Shown here: piece after piece, positions 1 through 26,365 of the stretch
Numbering within the stretch: position 1 is the stretch's first letter
How the letters are laid out: each line of letters begins with the position of its first letter
Source of the DNA: Thermoanaerobaculia bacterium
Lineage (GTDB): Bacteria > Acidobacteriota > Thermoanaerobaculia > Multivoradales > JBCCEF01
DNA length: 62,187 nt
NCBI GenBank assembly: GCA_036259255.1
Contig: DATACC010000271.1
Span: 1-62,187, forward strand
Direction of reading: 5' to 3'
Position numbers and translations under genes: made by a program
Notes under the pieces: generated by a model
What the model saw: only the letters and a program-made list of their open reading frames with translations
What the model was told of the DNA's origin: nothing
Databases searched by the model: none

Positions 1-3000
1 CCCGGTCGATGCCGAGGATCTCCCCCCAGATTCCCTGGAGCAGCTCGGCCACGGGGCTCACCGGCCCCTCGGCATCACGGTCCACGGCCGGGGCTTCGGG
101 CGCCGGCAGGGCCCTGCGGTCCACCTTGCCGGTGGCGGTCAGGGGCAGCGCGTCGAGGACCACGATGGCGGCCGGCACCATGTGCTCCGGCAGGTGCTCG
201 CGCAGCCAGGCGCGCAGCGCCGGCACGCCGCCGGCCGCCGAAGGCGCCGCAGCGGCGCGGCCTTCCGCGCTGGCAGCCCCCCCGGCATCAGCCCCGGCAC
301 CGGCACCGGTACCGGCGATGGCCGCCCGCGAGACGTAGGCCACCAGCCGGCGGTCGCCGGCACCCTGCTCCGCCGCCACCACCACCGCCTCGCGCACCGC
401 CGGGTGCCGGGCGAGGACCGCCTCGATCTCCCCCAGCTCGATGCGGAAGCCGCGGATCTTCACCTGGTGGTCGCCGCGGCCGAGGAAGTCGAGCGCCCCG
501 TCGGGCCGCCAGCGCGCCAGGTCGCCGCTACGGTAGAGGCGTTCTCCCGGTGCGCCGTCCGGATCGGGCACGAAGCGTTCGGCGGTGAGTCGGCGGCGCC
601 CGAGGTAGCCCCGAGCCAGGACGCCGCCGAGCAGCAGCTCCCCGGCGACCCCGGCCGGTACCGGGCCGCCGGAGCGGTCCACCACCCGGGCGGAGCGCGC
701 CGCCAGCGGCCGTCCCACCGGCACCCTCGAGGAGCCGTCGCCGCCGGGAGGATGCAGGGTGGCGGTGATCACGGCCTCGGTGGGACCGTAGGCGTTGAGC
801 AGCCGGGCTCCGGCCAGCGGCGAACGGTGCCAGGAGGCCACGCCGGCGGCCAGCATCTCCTCGCCCCCCGCCATCACCAGGCGCAGCGACCGCGGCGCCG
901 TGGCCAGCGCCCGGGGGTCGTCGACCCAGCGGTGCCACAGGGCGGTGGGAAGGTTGGCGACGGTCAGCCCCTGGCGGGCCATCCAGTCCGACAGCTCGAC
1001 GGGCGCCAGCACGTCCGGCTCCCGCAGCACCAGCCGGGCGCCGGCGGCAAGCGCAGGCAGGATCTGCTCCAGCGAGACGTCGAAGCTGGGGGAGGCGAAC
1101 TGCAGCACCCGGTCGCCGGGCCCCAGGCCGTAGACCTCGGCCACCGCCCGGCAGTGGGCGGCGGCGGCCCCGTGGGGCACCCCCACGCCCTTCGGCTTGC
1201 CGGTGCTGCCGGAGGTGTAGATGACGTAGGCGAGGGCGTCGGGCGGTGGCGGCTCGGCGGACCGGGACAGGACCGGGGGGGACAGGGCAAGCGGGGACCC
1301 GCCAACCGTCCGCTCGGCGCCGGCGGTCGCCGCCAGCGGCAGCACCGGCACGCCACCGGCCCACGGCGGCGCGGCGCCGTCCGCGGTGAGGAGCACGGCG
1401 GCTCCGGAGTCGGCGAGCAGGAAGGTGAGGCGCTCGGCCGGCAGTGCCGGGTCGAGCGGCAGGTAGACGCCGCCGGCGCGGAGGATGCCGAGCAGCCCCA
1501 CGACCAGCGCCGGCGAGCGCTCCACCGCCAGCGCCACCACGGTCTCGAGCCCCACGCCGGCAGCCCCCAGGCGGCCCGCCAGCTCGTCGGCGGCGCGCAG
1601 CAGACCGCCGTAGGTCAGGTGCTCGCCGCCACCGGCCACGGCGACGGCATCCGGAGCGCGTGCCGCCCGCCGGGCGATCGCCTGCTGGACCAGCGGCGGC
1701 GGCTCGTCCCCAGGCGGCATGCTCGGCCCCCGGCCCCAGTCGCGAAGCTGCTGGCGCTCGGCGGGGGTGAGCAGCGGCAGGTCGCAGAGACGCGTGGCGG
1801 GGCTCGCCACGAGACCGGCGAGAAGCACCGCCCAGTGGCCGGCGGCGCGCTCCAGGGTGGCGGCGTCGAACAGGTCCGTGCGGTACTCCCAGGAGCCGGC
1901 GAAGCGTCCGCCGCGCTCGATCATCGCCAGCGTCAGGTCGAACTTGGCGGTGCGGCTCTCGACCTCCAGCGGCGTGAAGCGCAGCCCGGGCAGCTCCAGG
2001 CTCTCGCCCACCGAGGTGAGCAGCGAGAACATGACGTTGAACAGCGGCGCGTGGGCCAGGCTGCGATCGGGGGCGAGCTCCTCGACCAGCTTGTCGAACG
2101 GCAGCTCCTGGTGCTCCTGGGCGCCGAGCACCGTCTGGCGCACCCCGGCGAGGACCTCGCGGAACCCGGCGCGCAGGGACAGCCGGGTGCGCAGCGCCAG
2201 GGTATTGACGAAGAAGCCGATCAACGGCTCGAGCTCGCCGCGGTGGCGCCCGGCCGTGGGGCTCCCGACGCACACGTCCTCCTGCCTCGTATAGCGCAGC
2301 AGCAGCACCTTGTAGGCGGCCAGCAGCAGCACGAAGGGGGTAACGCCCTCGGACAGGGCCAGGGCCTTGAGGCCGCCGGACAGCGCCGCCGGCAGCTCGA
2401 AGGAGAGCCGGTGCCCCGCGAGCCCCGCCTCCGCCGAGGCGGGACGGTCGGTGGGCAGGTCGAGCACCTGCACGCCGTCGAGGGCGGTGCGCCAGTAGGC
2501 CGTCCTGGCCCGCAGCACCTCGCCGGTGAGCCAGCGCCGCTCCCAGGCCGCAAAGTCGGCGTACTGCACCGGCAGCTCCGGCAGTGGCGACGGGGCGCCG
2601 GCCGCGAAGGCGCGGTAGAGGGCGGCGAGCTCGCGCACCAGCACGCCGGAGGACCAGCCATCGGAGACGGTGTGGTGGAGGGTCAGGAGCACCACGTGCT
2701 CGCCGGCGGCGAGGGCGATCAGCCGGGCGCGCCACAGGGGCCCCTTCTCGAGGTCGAAGGGCGCGCGCCCCTCCGCCGTGGCCAACCCCCGTGCCGTCGC
2801 CTGCCGGCGCGCCGCCGGCAGGCCCCGCAGGTCGACGCGGGGTAGCCGGAACCGGGCGGGCGGCGCGACCACCTGCACCGGGTTGCCGCCGGCCAGCGGC
2901 AGGGTGGTGCGCAGGATCTCGTGGCGGCGCACGATCTCGCCGAGCACCCGCTCCAGCAGCGCGGCATCGAGGTCTCCCTCGACCCGGATCACCTTGGGCA

Positions 3001-3202
3001 GGTTGTAGGCGGCGCTGCCCGGGTACAGGCGGTCGAGGAACCACAACCGCTGCTGCCCGAAGGACAGCGGCGCCGGAGCCCGCGGATCGGGACGCCGCGG
3101 GATGGCCGCCGCCGGGGCGGCCGCGCCACGGCCCCGCAGCCGCTGCTCCAGCAGCCGCCGCTTGGCTTCCGACAGGACCGGTGTGGACGATTCCGGCGGC
3201 AA
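1..3202 (-). CDS. NRPS, 3'-truncated by the window: docking helix-C-A-(start of PCP); A domain tentatively for a basic residue (Orn/Lys/Arg)
   Basis: Not in the ORF track, probably because it has no stop in the window. Manual translation from TTG at 3202 (GGAG 8 nt upstream): LPPESSTPVLSEAKRRLLEQRL...PLSFGQQRLWFL...HHTVSDG...YVIYTSGSTGKPKG...FDVSLE...NAYGPTEAVIT...YRSGDL...QVKIRGFRIELGEIE. Manual specificity code about DVENMGAITK. Confidence 0.9.
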   Translation of the reverse strand, partial: MPPESSTPVLSEAKRRLLEQRLRGRGAAAPAAAIPRRPDPRAPAPLSFGQQRLWFLDRLYPGSAAYNLPKVIRVEGDLDAALLERVLGEIVRRHEILRTTLPLAGGNPVQVVAPPARFRLPRVDLRGLPAARRQATARGLATAEGRAPFDLEKGPLWRARLIALAAGEHVVLLTLHHTVSDGWSSGVLVRELAALYRAFAAGAPSPLPELPVQYADFAAWERRWLTGEVLRARTAYWRTALDGVQVLDLPTDRPASAEAGLAGHRLSFELPAALSGGLKALALSEGVTPFVLLLAAYKVLLLRYTRQEDVCVGSPTAGRHRGELEPLIGFFVNTLALRTRLSLRAGFREVLAGVRQTVLGAQEHQELPFDKLVEELAPDRSLAHAPLFNVMFSLLTSVGESLELPGLRFTPLEVESRTAKFDLTLAMIERGGRFAGSWEYRTDLFDAATLERAAGHWAVLLAGLVASPATRLCDLPLLTPAERQQLRDWGRGPSMPPGDEPPPLVQQAIARRAARAPDAVAVAGGGEHLTYGGLLRAADELAGRLGAAGVGLETVVALAVERSPALVVGLLGILRAGGVYLPLDPALPAERLTFLLADSGAAVLLTADGAAPPWAGGVPVLPLAATAGAERTVGGSPLALSPPVLSRSAEPPPPDALAYVIYTSGSTGKPKGVGVPHGAAAAHCRAVAEVYGLGPGDRVLQFASPSFDVSLEQILPALAAGARLVLREPDVLAPVELSDWMARQGLTVANLPTALWHRWVDDPRALATAPRSLRLVMAGGEEMLAAGVASWHRSPLAGARLLNAYGPTEAVITATLHPPGGDGSSRVPVGRPLAARSARVVDRSGGPVPAGVAGELLLGGVLARGYLGRRRLTAERFVPDPDGAPGERLYRSGDLARWRPDGALDFLGRGDHQVKIRGFRIELGEIEAVLARHPAVREAVVVAAEQGAGDRRLVAYVSRAAIAGTGAGAGADAGGAASAEGRAAAAPSAAGGVPALRAWLREHLPEHMVPAAIVVLDALPLTATGKVDRRALPAPEAPAVDRDAEGPVSPVAELLQGIWGEILGIDR

Positions 3203-7977
<4,775 letters not shown>

Positions 7978-7981
<4 letters not shown>

Positions 7982-10900
7982 CGCACCCCCGCCGTGCGCC
8001 GCTGCCGGCGCAGCTCGCGCTGGCGCTCCAGGGCATCGCGCCGTCCCTCACCCCGCTCGCCCGCCGCCTCCGCCTGCTGCGCCGCCTCGCGAGCCGCCGC
8101 CGCGCCGCCGGAGCCGTCCTCCAGGTGGGCGACCAGCGAGGCCACCGTGGTGCGCCGGAACAGCTCGACCATGGTGACGTCGCGGCCGCAGCGCTCGCGC
8201 AGCCGCGTGGCCACCTGCACCAGCAGCAGCGAATGGCCGCCGAGGTCGAAGAAGTTGTCGTGCAGACCCACCCGTTCGAGCCGCAGCACGTCTTGCCAGA
8301 TACCGGCGACGGCGGCCTCCAGCTCGGTGCCCGGGGCCACGTAGTCGGCGGCCAGCTCCGGGCGCAGCGCGTCCGGGGCCGGCAGGGCGGACCGGTCCAC
8401 CTTCCCGTTGGCGTTCAGCGGCAGCGCCGCGAGCGACACGAAGGCGGTGGGCACCATCGCCTCGGGCAGCCTCTCCACCAGGAAGGCGCGCAACTCGCCG
8501 GGGCTCACCGGCTCGGCGACGCCCACCGGCTTGCCGGCAGCGGGCACCACGTAGGCGACCAGGCGGGCCTCGCCACCATCGTCGACGCGGGCTGTCACCA
8601 CCGCCTGGCCCACGCCGCCGTGCTGGCGCAGCAGCGCCTCCACCTCCCCCGTCTCCACCCGGAAGCCGCGGATCTTGACCTGACCGTCGGTACGGCCGAG
8701 GAACTCCAGGGCGCCGCCGGGCAGGCGGCGCGCCAGGTCGCCGGTGCGGTATAGCCTCCCGCCGGGGGTGGACGGATCGGGGACGAAGCGCTCCGCCGTG
8801 CGGCCCGGCTGCCCCAGGTAGCCACGGGCCACCCCGGCGCCCCCGACGTAGAGCTCCCCCGGGGCCCAGGTGGGCACCGGCTGCAGCGCGGCGTCCAGCA
8901 GGTGGACGCGGGCATGGGCGAGGGGCCGGCCCAGCGGCACCGTGGCGCTGCGGTGGCCCGGGCCGGAGTCACTCGGGGCTGGATGGCCCGGGGCGGAAGG
9001 GCCCGGGTCGGAAGGGCCGGGCGCGGCCTCCGCCGGCGCCGGCACGGGGTCGGCGAGCACCCCGACCGTCGTCTCGGTGGGTCCGTAGTGGTTGTAGACC
9101 GCCAGCTTCGGCGCCAGGGTGCGCACCCGCGCGGCCAGCTCCCAGCCGAGGGCCTCGCCGCCGAGCACCAGCACGCGGCGCGGCAGCACCCGGTCGGGAG
9201 CCGAGGCGGTGAGCAGCGCCTCGAGGTGGCTCGGCACGATCTTCAGGCAGTCGATGCCGTGCTCGCCGGCGTAGGCCGAGAAAGCCTCCGGGTCGGAGAT
9301 CCGCTCGGCGGGCACCACGTCGAGGCAGCCGCCGCCGCACAGGGCCGGAAACACCATGGTGTGGCCGAGGTCGGCGGCGAACGTCGAGACGATGGCGAAG
9401 CGGCCTTCCGGGGGCCAGGCGATCCGCTCGCCGACCGCCTGCACGTAGGCGGCGAGCTGGCGGTGCTCCACCGCCACCGCCTTGGGGGTGCCGGTGGAGC
9501 CGGAGGTGAACAGCAGGTAGGCGAGGCTCTCGGGATGCACCGTCACCGGGGCCTGCACCGCCGCCGACTCCTCGGCAGCGCCGGTCTCGTCGTCGTTCCC
9601 ACCGCGCCCGGCGTCCCCATCGTTCCCCGCGTCCCCGGCGTCCCCGTCCAGGCCGAGCACCTCCGCCGGCCCGTCGGTGAACAGGGCCGCCAGCTCCGGC
9701 GCCGCCAGCACGCGGCGAGCCCCGGAGGCGGCCAGCAAGGCATCGAGGCGCCGGCGCGGCTGGGCCGGATCGAGGGGCACGTAGGCGGCCCCCGCCTCGA
9801 GCACCGCCAGCAGGGCCACCACCAGCTCGGGCGAGCGCTCGAAGCAGATCGCCACCCGGTCCTCCGGCGCCACTCCGGCGCGGCGCAACGCGGCGCCGGC
9901 GCGGCGCACCCGGGCGGCCAGCTCGCCGTAGCGCAGCACGCGAGCCCCGCACGCCACCGCCGGGCGCTCCGGGTGCAGGGCCGCCTGCCGGCGGATCTGC
10001 TCGGGGACGCTCACCGGCGCCGCCACCGAGCCCGCCGCTCTGGCGTTCGGTTCTCCGGGGCTCGGCTCTCCGGCGCTCGGTTCTCCGGGGCTCGCCACTC
10101 CGAGGCCCGGCTCCAGCTCTCGGCGCTCCTCGTCGCTCAGCACGCAGGCGTCGGCAACCGTCCGCGGACTGCCGGTGGCGAGGTCGCGCAGCAGGACGGT
10201 GAGCTGCCCCAGGGTGCGGCGGGCGTCGGGCGGGTCGATGCGGCGCGGATCGTAGGCCAGCTCGAGGCGGGGGGGCGCGGCCTCCGGCCCGGCGGCCTGG
10301 CGGCAGACCAGGTGCAGGGTGAACGGGTCGACGAACGAGACCTCCTCGCGGGGCCGCAGGCGGGCCCCACCCAGGCGCAGGGGCGCCGGCTCGCGGCGCA
10401 GCTCGAAGCCGAGCGGGAAGCAGGGCGGCACGCCGTCTTCGCTCTGCGCTCCGTCGCCGGCGGCCTGCCAGCTCCAGTACTCCTGGCTGGCCCGGGCCTC
10501 GGCCACCACCTCGGCGGCCCGGCGCACCAGCTCCTGCGGCGTGCGGCGGCCGTCGACGGTCACGGCCAGCGGTACCACCTTGGCGAGGAGCCCGGGCAAG
10601 CTCTCCAGCCCCTCGTACTCCCGGCCTTCCAGGGTGATGCCCAGCACCAGCTTGTCGCGGCCGGTGAGGCGGCCGAGCAACACCCGCCAGGCGGCAAGCA
10701 CCAGGTCGGCGAGGGTGGCGCCCGCCCGGCGGGTCAACGCTTCCCCGCCGGCCGCGACCGCGGCGTCCAGCTCCACCGCCACCACCGCCGGCGCGAATGG
10801 TGCCGCGGGGTCCGCGGCGCGCTCGCACGGCAGGCGCAGGCGCGCCGCCTCGGCGAGATCGAGGCGGCCCCAGGCCTCGGCCTCCACCGCCGCCTCGTCG

Positions 10901-11511
10901 GATTCGAGCAGGCCGTTCTGCCACTCGGCGAGGTCGGCGTACTGCATCGGCTCCTCGTCGTCCCCGGCCGCGGCGGCGGCATCCTCCGGCGCCGCCTCGC
11001 GAACCAGCTCGCGCACCAGGGCCTCCAGGCCGGCGCGGTCGAGGTGGAGCGGCGAGGCGCTCAGCACCAGCAGCCCGTGGCCGGGAGCGAGCCGGGCGAG
11101 GCACACCCGCAGAGGCGGGCCAGCCTCTGCCATGCCGCCGTCCGCCACGCCCTCCCCGTCGAGGAACTCGCCGCGGGCTTCGGCGAGGAGCCGGTCGACG
11201 GCGGCGGCGCGGTCCTCCACGGGCAGGGTTTGGAGATCGCGCTCCTCGACCTCCGGCACCCGGGCGGGAGCGACCGCCTGGAGCGGCATCGTCAGGCCCG
11301 GGAAGGAGCGCAGCTCGGTGCGCAGGATCTCGTGGCGGCCACCGACCACGGCCAGCGCGCGCCGCAGGAGTGCTGCGTCCAGCTCCCCCTCCACGTCGAA
11401 GGCCCGCAGAACCCGCCCGGGGCTCCGGTGCCGGCCGAGGTGCCAGGCGCGGCGCTGCTGGGGAGAGAGGCGGAACCCGCCCCCGCCCGCCGTCGTCGGC
11501 TCGCTACCCAT
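7978..11511 (-). CDS. NRPS: interface (dead C) domain-A(Asp)-PCP
   Basis: Start MGSEPTT...GFRLSPQQ at 11511 with GGAG RBS (track ORF over-extended). C-like domain has SPLHLDRAG instead of HHxxxDG. A code DLTKVGHVGK (TFAADLGHT, CLKIVPSH, NHYGPTETTVG). PCP FFDLGGHSL. Confidence 0.92.
10047..10091. repeat. 15-bp tandem repeat x3 (SPGEP/SAGEP/SPGEP)
   Basis: tcggttctccggggc / tcggctctccggcgc / tcggttctccggggc. Confidence 0.85.
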
Positions 11512-11525
11512 GGTGGACTCCTGGC

Positions 11526-17179
<5,654 letters not shown>

Positions 17180-17183
<4 letters not shown>

Positions 17184-18268
17184 CGCGCCGACCCGACCGT
17201 TTCCAGCCCGAGGCCCCGCGCCGCGGCGTCGGACTCCTCCCGCGAGCACGGCTCGGCCATGCCGACCACCACCAGCCGCTCGCCGGCGTAGGGCTGGCGG
17301 GCGTGGGCCACCGCCATGTTGTCGAGCATCAGCACGTCGCCCTCCTGCCAGGGAAAGACGATGGTCTCCTCCTGGTAGAGCCGGCGCAGATCGTCGAGAA
17401 CCTCCGCCTCGATGGGGGTACCGTCGCCGTAGTAGGTGTTGTAGGGCAGGTCCTCCTCCGGGAACTCGGCGAGCAGCGACTCGCGCACCTGGGGATCGAG
17501 GGTCGAGACGTGGAAGAAGGTGGCGTGGTTGAACCACGCCGGCTCGCCGGTGCGCGGATTGACCGCCACCGCGTCGCGGACCTGCCGGGTGCGCAGCCGG
17601 TCGCCGCCCTTCCACTCGGTCTCGATGCCCTTGTCGCGGCAGTAGCGGTCCACCTCCGCCGGGTCGTCGGTCTGGAAGGCGTTCTGCCAGCGCAGGCCGA
17701 AGCCGTCGTTGTAGTTGCGCACGTAGAGCACCTTGCGCTCGGCGAAGCGCTGGCGCACCGCCGGGTCCACCCGCTGGTAGATCCGGCAGGTGTCGGCGAT
17801 GGGCGTCTCGCCGCCGCGCTCCGGCGCCTTCAGGCAGCAGAAGTAGATCTTCAGCGGCCAGGTCACCCAGTAGGTACCCTCGTTGTGCAGGAAGATCCGC
17901 TGGTCCGACGGGTAGTCCGTGGAGGTGTACACCTGCTCGCCGACCTCGTGGCGAGGCGACGAGCGGTCCCGGTACTCGAGGCGTTCGCCGTCGGAGCTGG
18001 CCTCGACGAAGCCCTGGAACTCGTCCACGGTGCGCACGCCGAAGCCGCGAAACAGCAGCGCCCGGTGGGCGAGCAGCAGCTCGTCGACCTGGCGCCGGTT
18101 GCTGTGCGCCCAGGCGGCCAGGTCCATGCCCGGCACCGAGGGCTCCACCAGCACCGGCATGGGGCGGTCGGCCAGGAGCGGCCGTGTGCGCACCAGTGCC
18201 TCCTCCGACACGCTTACCGTCTTGCGCCGCAGGGCGCCGAAATCCTTCAGGCTCGGTAGGTTGTTCAT
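17180..18268 (-). CDS. Stand-alone TauD/TfdA-family Fe(II)/2-oxoglutarate dioxygenase (amino-acid beta-hydroxylase, SyrP-like)
   Basis: YTSTDYP...IFLHNEG...GGETP...WFNH...WQEGDVLMLDN...AHARQPY. AGGAG RBS before the ATG at 18268; alternative ATG at 18283 overlaps the upstream stop. Confidence 0.92.
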
Positions 18269-18279
18269 GGTTCTCCTTG

Positions 18280-23051
<4,772 letters not shown>

Positions 23052-23055
<4 letters not shown>

Positions 23056-26000
23056 TCGGCCGTCGCTCCGCCGCGGCCGGTGCCGGGGCCGGCGCCGGCC
23101 AGGCGGCCCGCCTCCTCGTCGCAGAGCAGCTCCAGCTCGGCGAGCTGGCGCTCGATGTCGTCGTCGCCGGTCCCCGGCACCGGCCCGGCGAGCCGGGGGC
23201 CCTCGCCGTCCTCGCCGCCGCCGCCGGCGAGGACGGCGTCCACCGCCGCCGCCAGGGCCGCCACCGTGGGCGCCTCGAACAGCACGCGCAGCGGCAGATC
23301 CACCTGTAGCGCCTCGCGCTGGCGCGAGAAGACCCGGGTGGCCAGCAGCGAGTGGCCGCCGAGCTCGAAGAAGTTGGCGTCGACGCTCACCCGGTCGTGG
23401 CCCAGCACCTCGGCCCAGATCCGGGCCATCACCTCCTCGGTGGGCGTGCGCGGAGCCACGTGCTCGCGGCGCGCCCGCTCGCGCGCCTCGTCGAGGGACG
23501 GGAGCGCGGCGTAGTGGATCTTGCCGTTGAGGGTCAAGGGGAGCCGCTTGAGGTGGACGAACAGGTTCGGCATCGTCTCCTCGAGGATGCTGCGGCGCAG
23601 CTCCTCGCGAAGCTCGGCGACCTCGATCTCGTGTCGCGACACGTAGTAGGCCACCAGCACGTCGCGGCCGTTGCCGTCGCGGGCGAGGGTCACGACGCTG
23701 TCGCGCACCTGGGGCACCCGGTTGAGGGCCAGCCGGATCTCGTTGAGCTCCACCCGGAAGCCGTGGTACTTCACCTGGTCGTCGGCCCGGCCGAGGAACT
23801 CGATGCTGCCGTCCGGCAGCCGCCGGGCGAGATCCCCGGTGCGGTAGCGCCGGCCCCCGGGCTCCGGCGAGAAAGGATCGGGGAGGAAGCGGTCGGCGGT
23901 CAGGCCCGGGCGGCGGAAGTACCCCCGGGTCACCGGCTCTCCGCCCACGAACACCTCCCCGGCAACCCACTCCGGCACCGGTTCGCCGCGCCGGTCGAGG
24001 AGCACCACCCGGGCATTGGCGATGGGGCGGCCCAGGGGCACCGAGGCGCAGCGCGGGTCCAGACCGCCGGGCTCGACCCGGTGGGTGAGCACGCCCACCG
24101 TGGTCTCCGAGGGGCCGTAGTGGTTGTACACCACGCAGTCCGGCGCCCGGCCCGCCAGCTCCTCCACCCACGCCGGCCGCGACGCCTCGCCCCCGAGCAC
24201 CAGGCGTCGCGCCGGCAGGGCCAGCTCCGGCCGGGGCTGGTCGAGCAGCGCCTCCAGGTGGCTCGGTACGATCTTCAGGCAGTCGATGCCGTGGGCGGTG
24301 AAGTACTCCCCCACCGCCTGGGCATCGGCCAGGCGGTCCAGCGACAGCACGTGGAGGCAGCCTCCGGTCGACAGGCTGGGGAAGATCGCCGTGTTGCCGA
24401 GGTCGGCGGCGAAGGTCGACACGTTGGCGTAGGAGGCTCCGGCCGGCAGGTCGAGCCGCTCGGCGACGGAGGTCACGTAGTTGACGAGCTGGCGGTGCTC
24501 CACCGCCACCCCCTTGGGCCGGCCGGTGGAGCCGCTGGTGAAGACGACGTAGGCCAGGTTGCCCGCCGCGGCGCCGGATTCGACCGGCGCTGAGCTCTCG
24601 AGCGCCACCCGGTCCCAGTCGTCGTCGATGCGCAGCCGGCGGCCCGGCCAGCCGGCCAGCCGCTCCTCGACGGCCGCCTGCACCAGCACCACCGGCGCCT
24701 CGACGTCCTCGAGCAGGAAGCCGAGGCGCTGGGGCGGCTGCCACGGCTCCAGCGCCACGTAGGCGCCGCCGGCCTTCATCACGCCGAGCAGAGCAACCAC
24801 CAGCTCGGCGCCGCGGTCCATGCACAGGGCCACCGGCACGTCCGGCCCGACGCCGAGGCCCTGCAGGTGGCGGGCGAGCTGGTTGGAGCGCTCGTCGAGC
24901 TCGGCAAAGGTGATCGAGGTTCCCTCGAACACCACCGCCGGCGCCGCCGGCGTGCGCCGTGCCTGGGCCTCGAAGAGGTGGTGGAAGCAGGCCTCCCGCG
25001 GAAAGTCGGCAGCCGTGGCGTTGACCTCCACGAGCAGGTGCCGGCGTTCGGCCGCGCCGAGCAGGTCGAGGGCCTCGATGGGTGCCTCCGGCATCGCCAG
25101 GGCGCTCTCCAGGCAGACGATCCACCGGGCGAGCAGGCGCTCGGCGTCGGCGGCATCCACCCGGGAGGCGTCGTGGTGGAGGGTCGCCCGGAGGGCATCG
25201 CCCCGGCGCTCGCAGGCGAGGCGCAGAGCGAAGCGCTCCGTGGTCACCTGCCTGCCGACGATGCGCCAGCGCACGCCAGTCCCGCCGACCTGGGCCGGCT
25301 CCTCGGCGAGCTCGAAGGCGGCCGGCAGGGCCGCCTCGCCGGCGCCGTCGGAGCCCTCCCCGGCGAAGCCGTCGGCGTGCTCCCAAGCGGTATCGCGGGC
25401 CTGGCGCAGCATCTCGACGAGATCCGCCAGGCGGTGATCCCGCACCGGACGCACCCGCACCGGCAGCCAGCGGGCGAAGGGACCCAGGGCGTGTTCGAAC
25501 ATCTCGTGACCGCGGCCGTCCTCCGCCAGCGCCACCGTGGTCGATTCGGCACCGGTGGTGCGCCACAGCAGCGCGTGCCAGGCAGCCAGCAGCACCAGGC
25601 CGAGGTCTGCCCCGAGGCGCGCGGCGAGGGTCTCCGCCGCCGCCACGGTGGCGGGCTCCAGGCGGCGGCTCACCGCGTCCGGCGAGAACGGCGCCGCGCC
25701 CGGCCGCTCCCAGGGCAGACGCCAGCCGGCGGCGGCGGCGAGCTCGCGCTGCCAGTGCTCGCGGCTCTCGGCCTCGGCGTTCTCCAGCAGCGAGCTCTGC
25801 CACTCGGCGAACTGGACGTAGCGCACCGCCGGCGCCTCGCCGGCCTCGCCGGCATGAACGGCGGCCAGGTCGTGGACCAGGTTGTCCAGGGTGCGGCTGT
25901 CGGCGCACACCGGCGGCAGGGCGAGCAGCAGCAGGTGGCGGCCCGGCCCGGCCGGCAGCAGGCGGGCCGAGAGCACCGGGCCGGTGGCCGGGTCGAAGGA

Positions 26001-26333
26001 TGCACCGTCGCGCAGCAGCTCGGCGATGCGCTCGGCGGTGGGCTCCTCGGCGGCGGCGGCCGCGGCCGTCTCGTCGCTCCAGGCGGCGGCGCCGGATTCG
26101 GCCATGGCCTGCACGGGGAAGCGCATGCCCGGCAGGCGGTGGAAGCTGGTGCGCAGGATCTCGTGGCGCGCCACCACGCCGTCGAGGGCCCGGGCCAGCG
26201 CGGCGGGCACCACCTCCCCTTCCAGCAGCACGGCGCAGCGGGCGCCGTAGGCACCACCCTCGCCACGCCACGCCTGCCAGGCCCGTCGCTGCTGCGGCGA
26301 CAGTCGAAATCCCTGCAGATCCTCGAACGACAT
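23052..26333 (-). CDS. NRPS: interface domain-A(Asp)-PCP
   Basis: MSFEDLQGFRLSPQQ with GGAG 6 nt upstream (alternative starts 26351, 26369). Dead C motif LPPVCADSR. A code DLTKVGHVGK. PCP FFELGGHSL. Confidence 0.9.
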
Positions 26334-26365
26334 CCGTTGCTCCGTTCCCATGGTTGTGCCCGCGC

